A stretch of 64,000 bases of DNA from Stellaceae bacterium (GTDB taxonomy: Bacteria; Pseudomonadota; Alphaproteobacteria; ATCC43930; CGMCC-115725), in assembly GCA_035550515.1 (NCBI GenBank), contig DASZOZ010000135.1, positions 9,355-73,354 of the forward strand, read 5' to 3'. Below are positions 21,076-29,939 of the stretch, one piece after another (the first letter of the stretch is position 1; every line of letters begins with the position of its first letter). The notes under the pieces were generated by a model, which saw only the letters and a program-made list of their open reading frames with translations, had not been told where the DNA came from and did no database searches. Position numbers and translations under genes: made by a program.

Positions 21076-22026
21076 ATGCAATACGGTTTTGGCGCGCCGG
21101 TCAGCGGTCCGCTGTCGGGGGCGAAAGACCTGGCCCGCATCGCCCAACAGGGCGAGGCGATCGGTTATGATTACTGCACGCTGTCCGACCATGTCGTGAT
21201 CCCGCGCGAGCTGGAGAACAAATACCCCTATTCCGATACCGGCGAGTTCCCCGGCCGGGCCGGCGGCGACCGCCACGAGCAGCTCACGGCGGTCGCCTTT
21301 GTCGCCGCCAAGACCGACAAATTGCGGCTGGTCACCTCGGTCATGGTGGTGCCGCACCGCCCGGCGGTGCTGACCGCGAAGATCCTCGCGACGATCGACA
21401 ATCTGTCCGAGGGACGGCTGACCTTGGGCGTCGGCGCCGGCTGGTGCCGCGAGGAATTCGCGGCGATCGGCACCGACCCGTTCGACGAGCGCGGCGCCGT
21501 CACCGACGAATATTTGCTCGCCTGCCGCGAGTTGTGGACCAACGAAAACCCCCGCTTCGACGGCAAGTTCGTCAAGTTCTCGAACATCTTCTTCCAGCCG
21601 CGCCCGGTCCAGCAGCGCGTGCCGATCTGGGTCGGCGGGGAAAGCGGCCCGGCGCTGCGCCGCACCGCCAAGCTGGGCGACGGCTGGTATCCCATCGGCA
21701 CCAACCCGGCGTTCCGGCTCGACACGCTGGAGCGGTTCAAGGGCGGCATCGAGCGGCTGCACCGCGCCTGCCAGCGGGCCGGGCGCGATCCCAAGGAGAT
21801 CGCCCTCGCCTACCGCGTCGCCGGGCGCGGCGCGGCGATCCCGGACAAAGCCGATAACGGTGACCGCCGCCTGTTCGCGGGCAGCAACGAGGCGATGGTC
21901 GGCGATCTGCGAGCCCTCAGGGACCTCGGCGTCGTCGCGGTCGATTTCAGCTTCGACGGCGCCACCGCCGACGACGTCATCGCCAGTATGCGGCGTTTCC
22001 GCGAAGACGTGCTCGCCAAGGTCTGA
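21076..22026 (+). CDS. LLM-class (luciferase-like) oxidoreductase, probably F420-dependent
   Basis: MQYGFGAPVSG...GYDYCTLSDHVV...RLTLGVGAGW...RVPIWVGGES is LLM-fold. It sits directly upstream of fgd and cof genes. An alternative start is at 21052. Confidence 0.7.
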   Translation: MQYGFGAPVSGPLSGAKDLARIAQQGEAIGYDYCTLSDHVVIPRELENKYPYSDTGEFPGRAGGDRHEQLTAVAFVAAKTDKLRLVTSVMVVPHRPAVLTAKILATIDNLSEGRLTLGVGAGWCREEFAAIGTDPFDERGAVTDEYLLACRELWTNENPRFDGKFVKFSNIFFQPRPVQQRVPIWVGGESGPALRRTAKLGDGWYPIGTNPAFRLDTLERFKGGIERLHRACQRAGRDPKEIALAYRVAGRGAAIPDKADNGDRRLFAGSNEAMVGDLRALRDLGVVAVDFSFDGATADDVIASMRRFREDVLAKV

Positions 22027-22047
22027 CGCGAACGATAGGAGCCAACC

Positions 22048-23049
22048 GTGCTGAAGATCGGATACAAGGCGTCGGCCGAGCAGTTCGGGCCGCGTCGGTT
22101 GCTGGAGTTCTCGGTGCTGGCGGAGGAGGCCGGGTTCGACTCGGTGTTTGTCAGCGACCATTTCCAGCCGTGGAAACATACCGACGGCCACGCCCCCAAT
22201 TCGCTTGCCTGGCTCGGCGCGCTCGGCGCCAGCACCAAGCGGGTGGTCATCGGCACCAGCGTCGCGACGCCGACCTTCCGCTATCACCCGTCGATCGTCG
22301 CCCAGGCTTTCGGCACGATGGGCTGCATGTTTCCGGGGCGCGTCGTGCTCGGCGTCGGCACCGGCGAGTCGCTGAACGAGGTGCCGTCCGCCGGGATCGA
22401 ATGGCCGGGCGCGAAGGAGCGGCGCGACCGGCTGCGCGAGGCGATCCGCCTGATCAACGCGTTGTGGACCAAGGACCGGGTCACCTTCGAGGGGCAGTTC
22501 TACCGGACCAAGGACGCGACGATCTACGACAAGCCGCAGCACAAGGTGCCGATCTGGGTCGCCGCCTCGGGACCGCTCGCGGCGCAGATGGCCGGGCAGG
22601 TCGCCGAGGGGTTTATCGTCACCAGCGGCAAGAACCCGCAGCTTTACACCGACCTGTCGGCCAAGGTGCGCGAGGGCGCCGGCAAGGCCAACCGCGATGA
22701 GGCGGCGATCGAAAAGATGATCGAGGTCAAGGTGTCGTTCGACACCGACGCGCAACAGGCCAAGGAGCTGACCCGGCATTGGGCTGCGCTGGCGCTCTCG
22801 CCGGAGGAAAAGGTCGGCGTCGAGGACCCGGTGGAAATGGAGCGGTTGGCCGATGCGCTGCCGCTCGACCGCGCGGCCAGCCGCTGGATCGTCTCCAGCG
22901 ACCCTGACGAGCAGGTCGAGCGCATCCGCCCCTATGTCGAGCTCGGCTTCAGGCACCTGGTGTTCCACGCGCCGGGCCCCGACCAGGCGCGATTCCTTAA
23001 GCTTTACGCCGAGCAGGTCGTGCCGCGGCTGCGCAAGGCATTCGGCTAG
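22048..23049 (+). CDS. fgd: F420-dependent glucose-6-phosphate dehydrogenase-like LLM enzyme
   Basis: LKIGYKASAEQFGPRRLLEFSVLAEEAGFDSVFVSDHFQPW...LGVGTGESLNEVP resembles the FGD family. GTG start. Confidence 0.7.
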   Translation: MLKIGYKASAEQFGPRRLLEFSVLAEEAGFDSVFVSDHFQPWKHTDGHAPNSLAWLGALGASTKRVVIGTSVATPTFRYHPSIVAQAFGTMGCMFPGRVVLGVGTGESLNEVPSAGIEWPGAKERRDRLREAIRLINALWTKDRVTFEGQFYRTKDATIYDKPQHKVPIWVAASGPLAAQMAGQVAEGFIVTSGKNPQLYTDLSAKVREGAGKANRDEAAIEKMIEVKVSFDTDAQQAKELTRHWAALALSPEEKVGVEDPVEMERLADALPLDRAASRWIVSSDPDEQVERIRPYVELGFRHLVFHAPGPDQARFLKLYAEQVVPRLRKAFG

Positions 23050-23061
23050 CGACGGCGTCCG

Positions 23062-23829
23062 ATGCCGTCCCGCGTGGAGATCATCGGGCTGCCGGGGGTG
23101 CCGATGGTGCAGCCCGGCGACGACCTCGCGGCGTTCGCGGTGTCGGCGCTGGTCGACGCGGCGATTGCCCCCGAGGCCGGCGATGTCCTGGTCATCGCGC
23201 AGAAGATCGTCTCGAAGGCGGAAAACCGCTTTGTCGATGTCAGCCGGGTGACGCCGTCGGAGCGGGCCAAAAAGCTCGCCGAGCAGACCGGCAAGGATCC
23301 GCGGTTTTGCGAGGTCGTGCTGTCCGAGTCGAAGCGCATCGTGCGGCATCGCGAAAACCTGATCATCGCCGAGCACCGCCGCGGCTGGGTCATGGCCAAT
23401 GCCGGGATCGACCATTCGAATGTCGCCGACGGCGAGGGGCATGAGCGGGTGCTGCTGTTGCCGGTCGATCCCGACGCCTCGGCGCGGGCGATCCGCGACG
23501 AGTTGGTGGCTTCCTATGGCGTGCCGATCGCGGTGATCGTCAGCGACAGCTTTGGCCGGCCGTTTCGCCGCGGCACGGTCGGCATCGCGCTGGGCGCCGC
23601 CGGTCTGCCCGCGGTGATCGATTGGCGCGGCCATCCCGACCTGTTCGGCCGGGCGCTCGAAGTCACCGAGACGGGGTTCGCCGACGAGATCGCCGCCGCC
23701 GCGTCGCTGGTCATGGGCCAGGCGGACGAGGCGCTGCCGATGGTGCTGGTGCGCGGGCTGCGCTGGACTGCCCCCGATGCCGACGCCGCGGCGCTGGTGC
23801 GCCCGCCGGAGCACGATTTGTTCCGATGA
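23062..23829 (+). CDS. cofE: Coenzyme F420-0:L-glutamate ligase, stand-alone CofE (no C-terminal nitroreductase-fold domain)
   Basis: 255 aa. VIAQKIVSKAENRFV...ANAGIDHSNV...VIVSDSFGRPFRRGTVGIALG is the CofE signature. Confidence 0.85.
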   Translation: MPSRVEIIGLPGVPMVQPGDDLAAFAVSALVDAAIAPEAGDVLVIAQKIVSKAENRFVDVSRVTPSERAKKLAEQTGKDPRFCEVVLSESKRIVRHRENLIIAEHRRGWVMANAGIDHSNVADGEGHERVLLLPVDPDASARAIRDELVASYGVPIAVIVSDSFGRPFRRGTVGIALGAAGLPAVIDWRGHPDLFGRALEVTETGFADEIAAAASLVMGQADEALPMVLVRGLRWTAPDADAAALVRPPEHDLFR

Positions 23830-24773
23830 ACTTCAACGGTCCGGTGGTCGCGCTGTCGGGCGGCGTCGGCGGCGCCAAGCTCGCGCTCGGCCTCTACCGC
23901 GTGCTGCCGGCGGACACGCTGAGCGTGATCGTCAATCCCGGTGACGATTTCGAGCATCTCGGCTTCACCGTGTGTCCCGATCTCGACACCCTGCTGTACA
24001 CGCTGTCGGGCGAGGCGAACCCGGAACTCGGCTGGGGCCGCCGCGACGAGACCTGGACCTTTATGGCGGCGCTCGAAAAGCTCGGCGGCGAGGGCTGGTT
24101 CCGCCTCGGCGACGGCGACCTCGCGACGCATGTCGAGCGCACCCGCCGCCTGATTGCGGGCGAGCCGCTGTCGGCGGTCATGGACGATTTCCGCCGCCGG
24201 CTCGGCATCACGGCGCGGCTGCTGCCGGCGAGCGACGACAAGGTCCGTACGCGGCTGGACACGGATCGCGGCCGGCTCGACTTCCAGGATTATTTTGTCC
24301 GGCTGCGCTGCGAGCCGGCGGTCCGCCGGCTGGAATTCGCCGGCGCCGAGACGGCACGCGCCAATGGCGATGCCCTCGCGGCGCTCGCCGATCCGCGGCT
24401 GCAGGCCGTGGTGATCTGCCCGTCGAACCCGTTCATCAGCATCGACCCGATCCTCGCGGTCCCCGGCCTGCGAGACGCGCTGCGCCGATCCCGCGCGCCG
24501 GTCGTCGCGGTGTCGCCGATCATCGGCGGCAAGGCGGTCAAGGGGCCGACCGCGAAGATGATGGCGGAACTCGGCCTGCCGGTCGACGCCGCGGCGGTGG
24601 CGCGGCACTATCGCGACTTCGTCGATGTCTACGTCGCCGACGAGGGCGACCGCGATGCCGTCGCCGGTCTCGATCTCCCCGTCGTGCTGGCGCCGACGCT
24701 GATGGTCACGCTGGAGGACCGCGAGGCCCTGGCGCGGGTGGTGCTCCGGGCCGCCGCGGCGCATCGCCGATGA
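23826..24773 (+). CDS. cofD: 2-phospho-L-lactate transferase (FbiA/CofD)
   Basis: VVALSGGVGGAKLALGL...NPGDDFEHLGFTVCPDLDTLLYTLSG...GWFRLGDGDLATH is the CofD signature. ATGA overlap with cofE. Confidence 0.9.
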   Translation: MNFNGPVVALSGGVGGAKLALGLYRVLPADTLSVIVNPGDDFEHLGFTVCPDLDTLLYTLSGEANPELGWGRRDETWTFMAALEKLGGEGWFRLGDGDLATHVERTRRLIAGEPLSAVMDDFRRRLGITARLLPASDDKVRTRLDTDRGRLDFQDYFVRLRCEPAVRRLEFAGAETARANGDALAALADPRLQAVVICPSNPFISIDPILAVPGLRDALRRSRAPVVAVSPIIGGKAVKGPTAKMMAELGLPVDAAAVARHYRDFVDVYVADEGDRDAVAGLDLPVVLAPTLMVTLEDREALARVVLRAAAAHRR

Positions 24774-25432
24774 ACCCGGCCGAGGTGTGGGCGGTCATCC
24801 CGGTCAAGGAGACGGGGGGCGCGAAACAGCGGCTGGCGCCGGTGCTGTCGGCCGCGCTGCGGCAGGATCTGGCCCTGGCGATGCTGGAGGATGTGATCGA
24901 AGCCGTCGCCGGTGTGAGCGGGCTTGGCGGCGCGATCCTGGTCACGGTCGATCCGCAGGCCGCAGCGCTGGCCCGCCGCTATGGCATGGCGACGCTCGCC
25001 GACGGCGCCCGTGACGGCCATACCGGCGCGGTCACTGCCGGCGCGCGCCGTCTTGTCGCGAACCGGCATGCCGCGATGCTCACCCTGCCCGGCGACCTGC
25101 CGCTCATCACCAGCACCGAGATCGCGGCGCTGATCGCCGCACACGGTCCCGCGCCGGCCTTCACGATCGCTCCCGCGCATGACGAGCTCGGCTCGAACGG
25201 CATCGTCATGTCGCCGCCATTGGCGGTGCCGCTGCGCTTTGGCGAGGACAGTTTCTTTCCGCATCTCGCGGCGGCCCGCGCCGCGGGCATCGCGCCATGC
25301 GTCGTGCGCCTGCCCGGTTTCGCGTTCGATATCGACAATCCGCGGGACCTCCAGCATTTTGCGGGACTGCCGGCGCAAACGCGCGCCGCCAGGTTGATTG
25401 CCGAACACGCGAACGAGATGAGGGTGGGGTGA
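24770..25432 (+). CDS. cofC: F420 biosynthesis guanylyltransferase (CofC/FbiD)
   Basis: WAVIPVKETGGAKQRLAPVLS...LTLPGDLPLI...GSNGIV matches the CofC family. ATGA overlap with cofD. Confidence 0.8.
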   Translation: MNPAEVWAVIPVKETGGAKQRLAPVLSAALRQDLALAMLEDVIEAVAGVSGLGGAILVTVDPQAAALARRYGMATLADGARDGHTGAVTAGARRLVANRHAAMLTLPGDLPLITSTEIAALIAAHGPAPAFTIAPAHDELGSNGIVMSPPLAVPLRFGEDSFFPHLAAARAAGIAPCVVRLPGFAFDIDNPRDLQHFAGLPAQTRAARLIAEHANEMRVG

Positions 25433-27852
25433 CGGATTTCTTCGCGACGATCCTCGACCGTGCCGCCGCAGGCGACCGGCTCACCGATGCCGACGCGCTG
25501 GCGCTCGCCGAGTGCGAGGGCCTGTCGGCGCTGATGCGCGTCGCCGCGGCGCTGCGCGACACCGGGCATGGCGGTCTCGTGTCCTATTCGCGCAAAGTCT
25601 TCATCCCGCTGACCCAGCTCTGCCGCGACGTGTGCCATTACTGCACCTTTGCGCATCCGCCGCGGCGCGGCGAGCGTGCCTTCCTGACCCGCGACGAGGT
25701 GCTGGCGATCGCCCGCGCCGGCGCCAAGGCCGGCTGCCATGAGGCGCTGTTCACGCTGGGCGACAAGCCGGAGCTGCGCTACCGCGCGGCGCGCGACGAG
25801 CTGGCGGCGCTCGGCCATGAGAGCACCCTCGCCTATCTCGCCGAGATGGCGGCGGCGGTGCTCAAGGAGACCGGGCTGCTGCCGCATCTCAACCCGGGGC
25901 TGATGAGCCGCGGCGACCTGGAGGCGCTGCGCAAGGTCTCGGTGTCGCAGGGCATCATGCTGGAGACCGCCAGCGAGCGGCTGTCGCAGCGCGGCGGCCC
26001 GCATTTCGGCTCGCCCGACAAGCACCCGGCGCGGCGGCTGGCGACCATCGCCGCCGCCGGCGAAACGGCGGTGCCGTTCACCTCGGGCATCCTGATCGGC
26101 ATCGGCGAGACCCGGCGCGAGCGGATCGAAGCGCTGCTGGCGCTGCGCGCGCTGCACGAGCGCCACGGTCATATCCAGGAAATCATCATCCAGAACTTCC
26201 GCGCCAAGCCCGGCACCAGGATGGCCGATGCGCCCGACCCGGACGAGGCCGAGCATCTGTGGACGATCGCCGTCGCCCGGCTGGTGTTCGGCGCGGCGAT
26301 GAACATCCAGGCGCCGCCCAACCTGATGCCCGAGGCGCTGGAAGCGATGATCGCCGCCGGGATCAACGATTGGGGCGGCGTCTCGCCGGTCACCCCCGAT
26401 CACGTGAACCCCGAGGCGCCGTGGCCGGAACTCGACGTGCTGGCCGAACGTACCGCCGGGGCAGGCAAGCTGCTCGTCGAGCGGCTGGCGATCTATCCCG
26501 AATATGTGCAGCAGCCGGGAAGGTGGCTCGACCCGGCGCTGCGCACCCCCACCCTGCGCTTTGTCGACGGGCAGGGCCTCGCGCGCACCGACCGCTGGAC
26601 GCCCGGCGCGGGCGTCGAGCCGCCGGCCCGCGGCAAGCGCTTTGCGAACCCTGCGCTCACCGCGGCGGTCGAGCCGATCATCGCCCGCGCCGTCGCCGGC
26701 GAGACGCTCGCCGAGCGCGACATCGTCACGCTGTTCGAGGCGCGCGGCGATGCGTTCGACCGCGTCTGCGCGGCGGCCGACGCGCTGCGCCGCGAAGTCA
26801 ACGGCGACACCGTCAGCTATGTCGTCACCCGCAACATCAACTACACCAACATCTGCTATTTCCGCTGCCAGTTCTGCGCCTTCTCCAAGGGCAAGCTCAG
26901 CGAGAATTTGCGCGGACGGCCCTACGACCTCGACTGGAGCGAGATCGTGCGGCGCTGCGAGGAGGCCTGGGAGCGCGGCGCCACCGAGGTCTGCCTGCAA
27001 GGCGGCATCCACCCCGAATACACCGGCGCGACCTATCTCGGCATCTGCCGCACGATCAAGCAGGCGGTGCCGGGGATGCATGTCCATGCGTTCTCGCCGC
27101 TCGAGATCTGGCAGGGCGCGAAGACGCTCGGCCGCACCCTCCCCGACTTCCTTGGCGAGCTGAAGGCGACCGGGCTGAGTTCCCTGCCCGGAACCGCGGC
27201 GGAAATCCTCGACGACGAGGTCCGCGCGATCATCTGCCCGGACAAGATCAAGACCGCCGAGTGGCTCCAGGTCATGGAGGCGGCGCACCATGCCGGGCTG
27301 CGCGCCACGGCGACGATCATGTTCGGCCATGTCGACCGCTACGAGCACTGGGCGCGGCATCTGCTGCGGGTGCGCGCGCTGCAGGCGCGGACCGGCGGCT
27401 TCACCGAGTTCGTGCCGCTGCCCTTTGTGCCGATGGAGGCGCCGATGTACCTCAAGGGCACCGCGCGGCTCGGCCCGACCTATCGCGAGGCGGTGCTGGT
27501 GCATGCCGTGGCGCGGCTGGCGCTGCACCCGCTGATCCCGAACATCCAGACGTCGTGGGTCAAGCTCGGCGCGGCCGGCGCCGCCGCCTGCCTCAACGCC
27601 GGCTGCAACGACCTCGGCGGCACGCTGATGAACGAGAGCATCTCGCGCGCCGCCGGCGCCAGCTTTGGCCAGGAGATGCCGCCCGAGGCGATGGAGGCGC
27701 TGATCCGCTCGGTCGGGCGCGTCCCGCGGCAGCGCACCACGCTCTACGCCGACGCCTCGGCCGAGCGGCACGCGGCATCGTTCGACGCGCCGCCGCTGCT
27801 CGACCCGATCAACACACCGGCGCACAAATACGAGCGCTCGGCCGCGGAGTAG
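25429..27852 (+). CDS. fbiC: Bifunctional FO synthase (fused CofG/CofH, two radical SAM domains)
   Basis: Two rSAM clusters: CRDVCHYCTF (first half) and CYFRCQFCAF (second half). About 807 aa from the GTG at 25429, which overlaps the cofC stop in GTGA. Confidence 0.9.
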   Translation: MTDFFATILDRAAAGDRLTDADALALAECEGLSALMRVAAALRDTGHGGLVSYSRKVFIPLTQLCRDVCHYCTFAHPPRRGERAFLTRDEVLAIARAGAKAGCHEALFTLGDKPELRYRAARDELAALGHESTLAYLAEMAAAVLKETGLLPHLNPGLMSRGDLEALRKVSVSQGIMLETASERLSQRGGPHFGSPDKHPARRLATIAAAGETAVPFTSGILIGIGETRRERIEALLALRALHERHGHIQEIIIQNFRAKPGTRMADAPDPDEAEHLWTIAVARLVFGAAMNIQAPPNLMPEALEAMIAAGINDWGGVSPVTPDHVNPEAPWPELDVLAERTAGAGKLLVERLAIYPEYVQQPGRWLDPALRTPTLRFVDGQGLARTDRWTPGAGVEPPARGKRFANPALTAAVEPIIARAVAGETLAERDIVTLFEARGDAFDRVCAAADALRREVNGDTVSYVVTRNINYTNICYFRCQFCAFSKGKLSENLRGRPYDLDWSEIVRRCEEAWERGATEVCLQGGIHPEYTGATYLGICRTIKQAVPGMHVHAFSPLEIWQGAKTLGRTLPDFLGELKATGLSSLPGTAAEILDDEVRAIICPDKIKTAEWLQVMEAAHHAGLRATATIMFGHVDRYEHWARHLLRVRALQARTGGFTEFVPLPFVPMEAPMYLKGTARLGPTYREAVLVHAVARLALHPLIPNIQTSWVKLGAAGAAACLNAGCNDLGGTLMNESISRAAGASFGQEMPPEAMEALIRSVGRVPRQRTTLYADASAERHAASFDAPPLLDPINTPAHKYERSAAE

Positions 27853-28173
27853 CTACGCCGCCCCCGCCGCGAGCAGCGCGCGGGCGATCTCTTCCCACTC
27901 GTTGTCGAGCGGCGCGGTCGACGGGCTTTTCCCGGCGCGCTTGTACCAGCCGCCGGCATTGTGCAGATCGCCCTCGACGCGGTGCAGATAGGCATGCGCC
28001 CAGGCGCCCTTCTCGTTGGCGTCGGCCTGGGCGCAGCGATGCGCCTGGTGCCAGTCGCCCTTGGCCTGCCACCACAGCGCCTGGAGCGCGCCGCTCGTCC
28101 CGGCCGGCGGCGAGGCGCCTGTCAGCGACGACTTGAAGCCCTCGAATTCCATCCTGCCCTCCCGCATGTGCAT
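27853..28173 (-). CDS. Hypothetical small protein
   Basis: Clean ORF (MEFEGFKSSL...LQALWWQAKGDWHQAH...HAYLHRVEGD). No family recognised and the start is uncertain (28173 or 28152). Confidence 0.4.
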   Translation of the reverse strand: MHMREGRMEFEGFKSSLTGASPPAGTSGALQALWWQAKGDWHQAHRCAQADANEKGAWAHAYLHRVEGDLHNAGGWYKRAGKSPSTAPLDNEWEEIARALLAAGAA

Positions 28174-28202
28174 CCCGCGAATGATACCGCTTTCGCCGTC
28201 GT

Positions 28203-29519
28203 TCAGGCGAGCATCCGATCGAGCCGGTCGCGCAGCCGGTAATACGCGCCGACGACCGGCAGGAACCAGGGATTGCCGTTGTAGAGCGCATGCCCGGGAA
28301 ACGCCGGGCTGTCGAAGGCGCAGGCATAGTTCGCGGCGCGGGCGATCTTGCGGGCGGTCTGAAAGCCGAGATAGGTCATCATCGCGATGCCGCTGCCGTT
28401 GCAGCCCAGCGCGTAATGCAGGCCGTCATCCTCGCCCATATGCGGCAGCGCATCGAGCGTGAACGCGGTGTTGCCGGTCCAGCCATGGGTGATCCGCACC
28501 CCCTTCAACTGCGGGAAGCGGTCGGTCATATAGCGGTAGAGCACCCGTGCGCAGAGCAGCGGATCGGCCTGGGTAAAGCGCGCCCGCCCGCCAAAGACCA
28601 TCCGCTTGCCGTCCGGCGACATCCGGTAATAGCAGAGCACGCGCTTGGTGTCCGACAGGGTGCGTCCCTTCGGGACCAGCGACGCGGCAAGGTCGGCCGG
28701 CAACTCTTCGGTAGCGATGATGTGGCTGGCGATCGGCACGATCCGGCGCCGCAAGGACGGCGTCAGCGCGCCGGTATAGCCGTTGGTGGCAATGACGACA
28801 TCGCCGGCGTCGAGCGCACCCCGGCTGGTGGTGACCCGCCAGCCGGCGCCGCCGGCGGCGATGCCGCCGACCGCCGCATCGGCACAGACGGCGACGCCGC
28901 GACGCCGGCAGGCGTCGAGCAGGCCCTTGTAGTAGAGCGCCGGATGCAGGCTGGCCGACCGCTCGACCACCATCCCGCCGTAATAATAGTCGCTGGCGAG
29001 TTCTTCGCGCTGCCGCTCGCGCGGCACCATATAGGCGCCCGACTGCGCATTGTCGTTGAGGCGCCCCAGCCTCGATTGCTGGTAGGCGAAATGCTTCGGG
29101 GTCCAAGCCCCCTGAAACCGGCCGCGCTTCTGCCAGAAGCAGCCGATGCCTTCTTCCTCGATCAGCCGCTCGACCAGCCCGAACGCGTCATGCGCATCCG
29201 ACAGCATGCGCGCGGCGCGTGCCGGATCGACCGCCGCCGCCTTGCCGCTGAAGCTCTTACCGACATTGACGCCGCCGCTGACGGCGCCGCCGTTGCGGGT
29301 GCTCGCGCCCTCGCCGAGCGCGCCCTTTTCCAGCACCACCGCATCGATGCCGTGCCTCGCCAGTTCGAGCGCCGTGGACAACCCGGCATAGCCGCCGCCG
29401 ATGATCGCCACCCGCGCCTGGCGCGGCACGGCGACCGGCTCGCCGATGGACGGCCGATAGGCCTCCCACCAGTACGGCGCGATCTTGAAGTCAGGATGAA
29501 GGAGAGTGTCGGTCGTCAC
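28203..29519 (-). CDS. FAD-dependent oxidoreductase (DAO family)
   Basis: Dinucleotide-binding motif VAIIGGGYAGLSTALELARHG, about 438 aa from the GTG at 29519. DAO-like along its length. Confidence 0.8.
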   Translation of the reverse strand: MTTDTLLHPDFKIAPYWWEAYRPSIGEPVAVPRQARVAIIGGGYAGLSTALELARHGIDAVVLEKGALGEGASTRNGGAVSGGVNVGKSFSGKAAAVDPARAARMLSDAHDAFGLVERLIEEEGIGCFWQKRGRFQGAWTPKHFAYQQSRLGRLNDNAQSGAYMVPRERQREELASDYYYGGMVVERSASLHPALYYKGLLDACRRRGVAVCADAAVGGIAAGGAGWRVTTSRGALDAGDVVIATNGYTGALTPSLRRRIVPIASHIIATEELPADLAASLVPKGRTLSDTKRVLCYYRMSPDGKRMVFGGRARFTQADPLLCARVLYRYMTDRFPQLKGVRITHGWTGNTAFTLDALPHMGEDDGLHYALGCNGSGIAMMTYLGFQTARKIARAANYACAFDSPAFPGHALYNGNPWFLPVVGAYYRLRDRLDRMLA

Positions 29520-29578
29520 GCGGCAACGACCGTACCGCCAGAGAGCGGACGCGTAAACGTCCGCTCTCTTTATTGTCG

Positions 29579-29671
29579 TTAATGGCCGTGGCCACCGGGA
29601 ATTTGCCAGACCCCCCAGAAGCCCGCGAGCACCAGACACACCAAGGCGGCATCGACATACCAAGGAAACAT
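29579..29671 (-). CDS. Candidate 30-aa hydrophobic small ORF (below the ORF-track cutoff)
   Basis: My translation gives GGAGAGG-tgtg-ATG: MFPWYVDAALVCLVLAGFWGVWQIPGGHGH, then TAA. It lies 59 nt upstream of the oxidoreductase start. Coding status is unproven. Confidence 0.3.
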   Translation of the reverse strand: MFPWYVDAALVCLVLAGFWGVWQIPGGHGH

Positions 29672-29873
29672 CACACCTCTCCCCTCCGCGGGGTTAACCA
29701 TGTCTTGTTCCGCGAAGTATTATCGAGGCCGGTTATATCGATCTTTTCCACCAGAAGGTAATTCAAATTGTTTCATTATTCTTTATTCCACAGTAATCGC
29801 CAGAAACTCATTTTATAGTTAATGATATTTGTTTAAATAAGATCGATATTTACACGAATAACAGCGCAGTCAC

Positions 29874-29911
29874 AAAAACTCGCCGAAGCCGGTTGAGCCA
29901 GCTTCGGCGAG
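29874..29911 (-). terminator. Rho-independent terminator downstream of the LLM gene
   Basis: Stem ctcgccgaagc (29879..29889) pairs with gcttcggcgag (29901..29911). On the minus strand it is followed by a T-run (aaaaa at 29874..29878 on the plus strand). Confidence 0.55.
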
Positions 29912-29939
29912 TTGAAAACCGGGTGGGCGTGAAGAAGCG

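Noticed and set aside
21037-23814. 925-aa minus-strand ORF spanning the LLM, fgd and cofE region
   Set aside because: It is antisense to three well-supported plus-strand genes. It has no recognisable domains and an Arg/Gly/Asp-rich composition, so it is a GC-driven open frame.
24979-27825. 948-aa minus-strand ORF
   Set aside because: It is antisense to cofC/fbiC, which carry two clear radical SAM motifs. It is a shadow ORF.
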